Source: Haliotis rubra (lineage: Eukaryota). From it: DNA of 64,000 nt. Below, one piece after another: positions 50,956-61,108 of this stretch (position 1 is the stretch's first letter; each line of letters starts with the position of its first letter). Under the pieces are notes generated by a model, which saw nothing but the letters and a program-made list of their open reading frames with translations, was not told the origin of the DNA and did no database searches. The position numbers and the translations under genes are program-made. The stretch lies in the NCBI RefSeq assembly GCF_003918875.1, contig NW_025766996.1, forward strand, positions 496,001 to 560,000. Reading direction: 5' to 3'.

Positions 50956-51290
50956 ATTACTGGCAAACAAGGATAAGTTGAGCACCGACCTGACAATTGC
51001 CCCGTATTAGTATGGATGAGTGCTGCCCACTGGCGCTTGCCATTGTTAGTGAAGGAGCTCCAGGTTGTCCGCGATCAAGTGTAGTGTTATACCGATCACG
51101 TGCGAGTCTTATGAGCAAGGCGTTTGCAGCTACGCGCGGAATCAATTTCATCGTCATGCAATTCACGTGCACTAGCCTACATGTGCTCTACCTTTCACAA
51201 CCCAAATGGGTTTGCTCATTGCTGTGCACCGCCTACTTCTCGTAAACGCGTTCTCTGCGCCGGTCCAACTTATCCTTGTTTGCCAGTAAT
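50956..51290. mobile_element. MITE just upstream of the C2 acceptor
   Basis: TIR ATTACTGGCAAACAAGGATAAGTTG / CAACTTATCCTTGTTTGCCAGTAAT. Confidence 0.75.
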
Positions 51291-51335
51291 GTCGAGTGTT
51301 ACACGGGCGTATCACTTTCATTTTCTGTTTCCAAG

Positions 51336-54300
51336 GTAACAGTGACACTGAAGTGACATCCGGTCAAGGCTTGCCTGCTGCAGCTACTTCAGGACAAGCT
51401 GTGTCAGTCCCAACCACAGGAGCTGACGTGTCGGTGCCCGTCAGTGTTGACAACCAAGGTGGCAACATGAGCTTGGTCACGGCTGGCACTGGTGTCGTCA
51501 CAGGCAACACTACCAGCAAAGTTTCAGGTGAATCATCATTGCCAAAACCAAATTCAGCTCCTCTTCCGGATACAACAGGTGCACCAACAACATTAGCCGC
51601 CGACACAACAGCTGCACCAACAGTAGCCGCCGACACAACAGCTGCACCAACAACGCTAGCCGCCGACACAACAGCTCCACCAAAAACAGTAGCTGCCGAC
51701 ACAAAAGCTGCAACAACAACACTAGCCGCCGACACAACAGCTGCACCAACAACAGCAGCTGCGAATACCACAGCTGCACCAACAGTAGCTGCCGATACAA
51801 CAGCTGCACCAACAACGCTAGCCGCCGATTCAACAGCTGCACCTGTTGCTGCCGACACAACAGCTGCACAACCAGAAGCTGCCGATACAACAGCTGCACC
51901 AACAACAGTAGCCGCTGATACAACACCTGCACCAACAGCAGCTGCCGACAAAACAGCTGCACCACCAGCAGCTGCCGATACAACAGCTGCATCATCAACA
52001 GTAGCCGCCGACACAACAGCTGCACCACCAGCAGCCGCCGACAACAACAGCTGCACCAAGCACTTACAACAGCTGCATCATCAACAGCCGATACAACAGC
52101 TGCACCAACAGCAGCAGCAAAACCGACAGCAGCTGTCGATACAACAGCTGCACATCAACAACAGTAGCCGCCGAAACAACAGCTGCACCAACACTTGCCG
52201 CCGACACAACAGCTGCACCAACAACAATTGCACCAACAACAGTAGCCGCCGAAACAACGGCTGCACCAACACTTGCCGCCGACACAACAGCTGCACCAAC
52301 AATTGCTGCCGATACAACAGCTGCACCAACAGCAGCTGCCGATACAACAGCTGCACCAACAGAAGTTGCCTCGTCAGTTGAAACGTCGTTACCACGGGTA
52401 AATTCGGCTCCACTTCCTGACCCAGTAAGGAGACGCTACAGCTGTACCGTCAGGAGTTGCAGATACAACAGCAGCACCATCATCATCAGCTGACACAACA
52501 GCTGCACCGTCAGCAGCAGCCGACACAACAGCTGCACCAATGGCGGCTGCCGATACAACAGCTGCACCAACAGAAGCTGCCGATACAACAGCTGCACCAC
52601 CACCAGCCGCCGACACAACAGCTGCACCAACAACAGAAGCCGCCGACACAACAGCTGCACGAACAATTGCTGCCGATGCAACAGCTGCACCAACAGCAGC
52701 TGGCGACACAACAGCTGCACCAACAGAAGTTGCATCGTCAGTTGAAACGTCGTTACCACGGGTAAATTCGGCTCCACTTCCTGACCCAGTAAGAGACGCT
52801 ACAGCTGTACCGTCAGGAGTTGCAGATACAACAGCAGCACCATCATCATCAGCTGACACAACAGCAGCACCGTCAGCAGCAGCCGACACAACAGCTGCAC
52901 CAACAGAAGCTGCCGATACAACAGCTGCACCAACACCAGCCGCCGCCGACACAACAGCTGCACCAACAACAGAAGCCGCCGACACAACAGCTGCACCAAC
53001 AATTGATGCCGATACAACAGCTGCACCAACAGCAGCTGCCGACACAACAGCTGCCCCAACAGAAGCTGCCGATACAACAGCTGCACCAACAGAAGTTGCC
53101 TCGTCAGTTGAAACGTCGTTACCACGGGTAAATTCGGCTCCACTTCCTGACCCAGTAAGAGACGCTACAGCTGTACCGTCAGGAGTTGCAGATACAACAG
53201 CAACAGCATCATCATCATCATCATCAACTGACACAACAACAGCACCGTCAGCAGCAGCCGACACAACAGCTGCACCAACAGCAGCTGCAGAAACCACTGC
53301 TGCATCAACAGTAGGCCAAAGCGCAGTTAATGCTCCTGAATCTAACATGATCGACAAACCCTCCGATATTGCAGGGGCTCAGCTAAAAACTCAAAAGACT
53401 GTGACATCTGACCAGTCAGTGACAAGTCTTGCAAGTGCTGGGACAGACGGCCTGAACCATGACGCTGATAAACCCCTGAGTGCAGATGTTCCGCATGTAT
53501 CCAAACTAACACCAGAGCTAGCTCGATTGTTGTTGGCAGCCGGCCTTCAACCCTGTCCTGAGATGTTTGGTCACACCAAGGCTACTTCAACTCACACATC
53601 AGACGCATCCGGACAGATGACTTCGAGTCAACATACCGTGAGTGAGTCCAACATACACTCACAGTTACATAGCGCTAACCTTCCACAAGCTCCTGTTCCA
53701 CAGTCAGCCTCAGCCTCGTCAGTCCAGCATGCAGCTTCCTCCCACCCTTTGCCATCGACTGTAGCTGCAAGTGGAACACAAACAGCAGCTACAGCTACAG
53801 CAGGAGAAACAACAGAAGGTCCTTCTGAAACGACAAATTCTATAGGTGAAGGGGGCTGCAGTGGCATCTGGGATATCACAGGCTTCAGGACGTCAGACCA
53901 CTACTGGACAAGCATCGGGTGTTGCCTCAACAGAAATTGAAGGTACTACCACTGTCCAAGTAGCCGGTAGAACCTCAACAGGAACAGAACAGACGTCTGG
54001 TGCCACGGCAGCAGACCTGGATGGTACTGCTGTTCAAACAGCCGGAGTTAGTGCTGCAGGAACAGCACACGCTTCTGGTGCTGCAACAGTAGAAGCGGAG
54101 GGCACTAGCACAGTCCATGCAGCAGGCACAGGCTCAACAGGAACGACACAAACATCAGGCTCCACAACATCACAGGCTTCTGGGGCTGCAACAATAGAAG
54201 CGGAGGGCACTAGCACAGCACAAGGCGCAGCAGGAACGTTAGCCCAGACTTCCGGTCCAACTACAACAGAAGTGGAAGGCACCAACACAATCAAAGAAAC

Positions 54301-56134
54301 CGCTACAGAACAGACGTCTGTTGGGACCACAACAGAAACAGAGGGTATGTCCACAGTCCAAGAAGCCGGTTCAGGCCCAACAGGAACGGCCCCGGCTCCT
54401 GCTCTATCCACAGCCCAAGTCTCTGGTTCCTCTATTAATGAAATGGAGGTTAGTGGTACAGCAGGAACGACACAGGCGTCTGGAACCACCACCACCGCCC
54501 ACGCTTCTGGTTCCACCACAAATGAAGTAGAGGGGACCTCCACAGTCCAAGCTGTCGGTACAGACACAGCCGGGACAGCACAAGCATCAGGTACGACCAC
54601 AGCACATGCTGAAGTAACTGGTGCTTCTACAGCTGAACCAGCTGGCGCCCCTACCGTTCAACCAACTGGCGCTTCTACGGCTGAACCAACTGACTCTCCT
54701 ACGGCTGGGCCAACTGACGCTTCTACGGCTGAACCAACTGGTGCTTCTATAGCTGAACCAACTGGCGCCCCTACCGTTCAACCAACTGGCGCTTCTACGG
54801 CTAAACCAACTGACGCTTCTACGGCTGAACCAACTGGTGCTTCTACAGCTGAACCAGCTGGCGCCCCTACCGTTCAACCAACTGGCGCTTCTACGGCTGA
54901 ACCAACTGACTCTCCTACGGCTGGACCAACTGACGCTTCTACGGCTGAACCAACTGACGCTTCTACGGCTGAACCAGCTGGCACTTCTACGGCTGGACCA
55001 ACTGACGCTTCTATGGCTGGACCAACTGACGCTTCTACGCCTGAACCAACTGACGCTTCTACGGCTGAACCAACTGACACTCCTACCGTTCAACCAACTG
55101 GTGCTTCTACAGCTGAACCAGCTGACTCTCCTACGGCTGGGCCAACTGACGCTTCTACGGCTCAATCAACTGGTGCTTCTACAGCTGAACCAGCTGGCGC
55201 CCCTACCGTTCAACCAGCTGGCGCTTCTACGGCTGAACCAACTGACTCTCCTACGACTGGGCCAACTGACGCTTCTACGGCTGAACCAACTGGTGCTTCT
55301 ATAGCTGAACCAGCTGGCACTTCTACTGCTGAACCAACTGACGCTTCTACGGCTCAACCAACTGTCGCCCCTACCGTTCAACCAACTGGCGCTCCTACGG
55401 CTGAACCAACTGGCGCCCCTACCGTTCAACCAACTGGAGCTTCTACGGCTGATCCAACTGACGCCCCTACCGTTCAACCAACTGGCGCTTCAACGGCTCA
55501 CCCAACTGAAGCTTCTACGGCTCAACCAATTGACGCTTCTACTGCTGAACCAACTGGCGCCCAAACGGCCGAACCTACTGACGCCCATACGGCTCAGCCA
55601 ACTGACGCCCATACGGCCGAACCTACTGGTGCCCATACCGCTAAACCAACTGTCGCCCAAACGGCTGAACCTACTGACGCCCATACGGCTGAACCAACTG
55701 ACGCCCATACGGCCGAACCTACTGACGCCCATACAGCTAAACCAACGGTCGCCCATACGGCTCAACCAACTGTCGCCCAAACGGCTGAACCAACTGATGC
55801 CCATACGGCTGAACCAACTGACGCCCATACGGCCGAACCTACTGACGCCCATACAGCTGAACCCACGGTCGCCCATACGGCTCAACCAACTGTCGCCCAA
55901 ACGGCTGAACCAACTGACGCCCATACGGCTGAACCAACTGACGCCCATACGGCTGAACCAACTGACGCCCATACGGCTGAACCAACTGACGCCCATACGG
56001 CCGAACCAACTGACGCCCATACAGCTGAACCAACTGGTGCTCCAAAGACTGTTCCTACTACCGCTGCCTCTGCACCTCTACCCAATGAACCCAACAGCAG
56101 CGCTGCCTCCTCAACATCACAGACATCACAGACT
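51336..56134 (+). CDS. Internal exon C2 (~1600 codons): AADTTAAPT repeats, helix-Cys motif, Thr/Ala/Gly tract, 8-aa STAEPTDA/HTAEPTDA repeats; phase 1 in / phase 0 out
   Basis: TTTTCTGTTTCCAAG acceptor gives G|GT-AAC-AGT in frame with ORF 51296. Continues through ORFs 52540-53940 and 53846-56152, with breaks at a garbled patch ~52040-52260, an extra G at ~52430 and GGGGG at 53851. ACT|GTAAGT with GT at 56135. Confidence 0.8.
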
Positions 56135-56382
56135 GTAAGTATAACTTATTGAATTTAGGTAGGCTGCATTGGATTAAACGTTTTCTGTGATTTTATTATA
56201 TATACTACTAACAAATTAGATGGACCATCTATTCTCCACATAACTTCAATATATATGTTGTAACATGACAAAACTGGAGTTATATTAAAAAATCAGGTAA
56301 TTCCTAACTTATTATTGGAAGTATATACCATACACATGTTCGTAAATTGTAATGACTGATATTCTTGAGCGATATAGGAAAC

Positions 56383-56856
56383 TATACTCTTCCAAAAAAG
56401 TAGGGGAACCTGAACTTTCAATTTGGATAGGAAGTATAAGCGTAAACAAACTTTTAAAAGACTGACATCTTATGAACGCACCACCATTTCTCTTTGTCAC
56501 CACCCCTAAACACAACGCATGGGATGCACGTGCATGGGGTGTAATTCTTGATTTTGACGGTTTTCAAGAAGGTCGATAAATAACTGTAGACTATTCATTT
56601 TGACAATAATCTTGCATCACACAGTTGTTAGTGCTTGCTTCTAGTCGTTTTTTGGTTTGAAAATGAAAATCGAACACATGCAAATTTCACGTCATACATC
56701 AACCAAGAACGACTTTTGTACAAAACGCTATGGTCATAAGGCAGTGCAAATACTGATGCGCTCACAAAATATTCATCATTATCATCAACATTGATTGACT
56801 CCGATATATCTCCCAATCATTTCAATCGTAAGTTCCCCTACTCTTTTAAGAGTGCA
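56383..56856. mobile_element. Tc1-derived MITE
   Basis: TATACTCTTCCAAAAAAGTAGGGGAAC ... GTTCCCCTACTCTTTTAAGAGTG. Confidence 0.6.
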
Positions 56857-57761
56857 TAATGTTTTTATATAACTCGGAGGGGACATTCTACAGGTGGCAC
56901 AGTCGCCTTATTCGTCGCCATTTGCTAACTTGCTAGAGTTGCCTCCCCTAGGTGCTAGAAACCTGTGATCGTTGGTTCCAGTCCCTGCTGGCCTTGATAA
57001 TATTTGTAGGGTGATCAGCACTGTACCAGTACTGAGTATATCCGTCTATTCATTAGAGATGCTGATGTTGCTTTGGAGGTCAAACGTCCCAGAGATGAAT
57101 ACTTTGATTTACAAAGGAATATAGTGATTATAATGCTGCCGACTAACTTAGGGAGATCTCTGAGTGGTATTAAAACCGTAAAACGTCCACTGCACATGCA
57201 ATAAATTTCGGAAGCTAAAAGGCTTAAAAATGCTGTGCGTTGTAACGTCATTGGAACGCTTTTTATTTTGCTTTAAACTAATTAATCATTTACAGAATAT
57301 CATTTATTACCATTAAGATAAATTTGTCGAATTCTGATTGGTCAATAGCCAAAGCATACCAAACCATGTAGGCGGATTTGCCAGGGTGTACGAACACAGG
57401 TTGTACGAATGACCTTGACCTTAGGAATGTGGCTGCCAAACGGCTGATCGCTTCGAAATGTTAGAGTTGGCGTATATACAATTATGATATAAACAGAGTA
57501 ATAAAATTGTTGCCATAATTTCTTATTTGTTTGCGTCAATAAATATATCTGAAAAAATAAATGTTTCTGTATTTCACTTGTCGTTTAACAAAACCTCAAA
57601 ATCGATATCATAAACTAAGCCATCCCGAGTTATGTCCCATTATGACCGTTCAGGAAAAAAGGGCGAAACGTTTTGCGTCTCATTCTGCCGATGATTGAAT
57701 GTTGTTGTTTAAAGATTAGCTAAATAAAATCTTAAGGGTAATAGATTCGTCACACGTAGTT

Positions 57762-58173
57762 TTGAAAGGGTGTACGGGACATTAAGACCCTTGTAAATTT
57801 CGTATTTCCTGAGGCTGCGCCCTTGTAAGACCCTTGTAAATTCCGTATTTCCTGAGGCTACGCCCTTGGAAGACCCTTGTAAATTCCGTATTTCCTGAGG
57901 CTGCGCCCTTGTAAGACCCTTGTAAATTCCGTATTTCCTGAGGCTGCGCCCTTGGAAGACCCTTGTAAATTCCGTATTTCCTGAGGCTGCGCCCTTGGAA
58001 GACCCTTGTAAATTCCGTATTTCCTGAGGCTGCGCCCTTGTAAGACCCTTGTAAATTCCGTATTTCCTGAGGCTGCGCCCTTGTAAGACCCCTGTAAATT
58101 CCAAGGGTCCCAAGGCGCAACCTCAGGAAATACGGAATTTACAAGGGTCTAACAGTCCCGTACACCCTTTCAA
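57762..58173. repeat. Foldback element with a 43-bp unit tandemly amplified (~7.5x) in one arm
   Basis: Outer IR TTGAAAGGGTGTACGGGAC/GTCCCGTACACCCTTTCAA; one inverted 43-mer at 58111-58150. Confidence 0.85.
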
Positions 58174-58387
58174 GACGCCGCGTAACTAATAGTATATGGG
58201 ATATTTCCAGCATTGACATGAAATATTATTCGATCAGAGGACATATAACGATAACTGTGATGTGGTTGCTTTCAGGGATGTCATGGTAGATCTTGAAATG
58301 TAGACGACACGCTTTGAACCCTGGTGAAGGACATCAAGATGGCGGCTCCGTGTTACTGGTTATGGGTGTGTGGGTATAAACCCACTG

Positions 58388-58912
58388 CGCTTCTATCCCT
58401 GCCTAATGTGTCGTAACAATTAGTATTGAATTACACTGTATTGCTTTTATCCCTGCCTTATCTGTCGTAACAATTTGTAGTATTTTATGTTGTACTGATT
58501 TTATCCCTGCTGAATATGTCGTAACAAATTGTATTATATTATATTGTATTGCTTTTATTCCTGCCTACGTTGCTGTAACAATTTGTATCAAATTACAATG
58601 TGTTGCTATATTCCCTCCTTATGTGCCATATTGAATTACATTGCATTGCTTTTATCCCTGGCTAATATGTAGTAACAATTTGTATCAAATTACAATGTGT
58701 TGCTATATTCCCTCCTTATGTGCCATATTGAATCACGTTGTTTTGCTTTTATCCCTGGCTAATATGTAGTAACAATTTGTATCAAATTACAATGTGTTGC
58801 TATATTCCCTCCTTATGTGCCATATTGAATCACGTTGTTTTGCTTTTATCCCTGGCTAATATGTAGTAACAATTTGTATTATATTATATTGTATTGCTTT
58901 TACCCCGCCTTG
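58388..58912. repeat. Degenerate ~50-bp tandem repeat
   Basis: Recurring GCTTTTATCCCTG..GTAACAATTTGTA. Confidence 0.8.
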
Positions 58913-59329
58913 TGTTAGGGTAAGAAGAGATTATCCCAATTATCTCCTTGTAAAGTTTACAAACAATCCAAACAATGTTATATTTTCATTGAATTCCCAT
59001 TTTTTTTTTATCTAAAAACGAAATGATCTATTGCGTATTCAAACTGTTATTGTTATAATAATACTGAAATGACACCAGTTATGGTTTGAGTAGACAATTT
59101 TAATGTCTATAGTTTTTTCTTAATCTCCGCATATATACACTCTAGATAAACATACTTGTAAATTATTTGAGAGGGGCGATATAAATAATGCCATTTGTTC
59201 ATGCCTGTACATGTGAAGCAAATGTGTTTAAACTTAGCAAAAATAAAATAACTTGGTATGCTGTTTTCTTCCATCACCCCACATCCAGAACATCAAAGTG
59301 GTCGGCATCTTAACTACCAACATATGCAG

Positions 59330-59505
59330 GAGTGAGTGAGTGAGTGAGCGAGTTTAGTTTTACGCCGCCCTCAGCAATATTCCAGCAATGTCAATGCGAG
59401 GGACACCAGAAATAGACTCCACACATTGTACCCATGTGGGGAATCGAACCCGGGTCTTCGGCGTGACGAGCTAACGCTTTAACCACTAGGCTAGCCCACC
59501 GCCCC
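59330..59505 (-). mobile_element. SINE family A
   Basis: TSD ACATATGCAGGA. Confidence 0.92.
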
Positions 59506-60726
59506 ACATATGCAGGATGACTTTATGAAGTATATAGATTCTGAGTCACTGTATTAAGGATAATGTTATTGTATACCATCCTAATAAACTGCAATATAGA
59601 TGGTTACATGAGCTTTAAGTCTTGCCCACGATATGCCATTGTACACTTACATCTTTAAACAATTGTATTACAACGTATAATTACACAAAGTTTTAACGCG
59701 AAATAACATAAGCACAGCTTAACTTCAAACTATACACATTTATTTCGAAAAGTGTTATTGATGTTTAGCTTTAAACAATCAGCTTCTTGCATTGAAGTAC
59801 AGAAGCTTAGCTTTGAACTATAAACTTTGTTATACATTGTATTATGAACCCTCAGCTTTGAAAATTGATATTCCATTGCCAAACTGTATCATGAACGCTA
59901 AGCTTCTTAACCTATAAACTTAAGTCACCACAATGTATTATCTGAGATTAGAATCTAAGCTTTTAAATGAACTAATTGTACTTGTATTCTTACATGATAT
60001 TATGAACGCCTATGAACTATAAACCTAACTTACCACACTGTATTATCAAAGCTTAGCTTTGAACTAAATACTCATACTATAGCCCTATATTAACCTAGAG
60101 GCTTAGTGTCAAACTATAAACGTATCATTAAGTTCACGCTAATGATATCCCATTGTAGTATTATTATGCATTCACAGTATTATTTTTACCCCACAAATTA
60201 TTTCATGATTTTCGCTTCGAGCAATTAACTAACACTACAATGCATGATATACCTGGCATTTTGAAGATATATCACAATTTATTAAATAATGGTGGCTTAA
60301 AACTATAAACTTAAAAGAAATTCTTAAAATATTAATGCATCGATAAATTGATTTTTAGTTCCTTCCTGAGCTTGTTATGTCAAAATAACTTTAACATTGT
60401 CATTATCAACGAAGCCGCATTCTTTAATCATTGTATTCCTTTTGTTTGCAACTGTAAATCACGATCTAATACTTTCCTATTTCAGGTTTGGGAAGACTGA
60501 CAAAATGATTGTAGTTTTCCATATTTTGAGACCACTTTTCATACATTGTATTAATTGTAATGCTGAAATTGTTAAATTGCAAATCAATCAGACATTTAGT
60601 GATATTATCGTGTTTAACCTTATCGAATGTGTGCTATATCTGGAATGTTAAAGTTTAGTGAATGTGTACACGAGTGATTTTATTTCAGATGAAATACTTT
60701 GTGTATTATCTTTAAGTGGTTCTTTA

Positions 60727-60897
60727 GGGGCGGTGGGGTAGCCTAATGGTTAAAGCGTTGGCTCGTCACGCCGAAGACCCGGGTTCGAATCCCCACATGG
60801 GCACAATGTGAGAAGCCCATTTCTGGTGTCCCTCGCCGTGATGTTGCTGGAATATTGCTAAAAGCGGCGTAAAACCAAACTCAGTCAGTCAGTCAGT
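60727..60897 (+). mobile_element. SINE family A
   Basis: TSD TTAAGTGGTTCTT. Confidence 0.92.
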
Positions 60898-61108
60898 TAA
60901 GTGGTTCTTAAGAATTTATAGAATGAATGGGGACAGAATTGGCGTTGATTTCAATCATTGTCTTCATTTAAAGAGACGTTTGCACGTTAAACGTACTTGC
61001 CCCTGTACAGGAACGTCAAAATGTAAGATGTAAAAAAAAAGAAACCATCAATTCATTCTTCTTTAATACCGTATAGAAGTTGTAATTTATGCTGTTTTAC
61101 AACTGTAG

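Noticed and set aside
60470-60510. Possible extra exon after TTTCCTATTTCAG
   Set aside because: The phase-0 frame hits TGA after four codons, and the composition is AT-rich and non-coding.
6103-60897. tRNA-like sequences with A/B boxes
   Set aside because: All are heads of SINEs with shared body, tail and TSDs; no complete cloverleaf gene seen.
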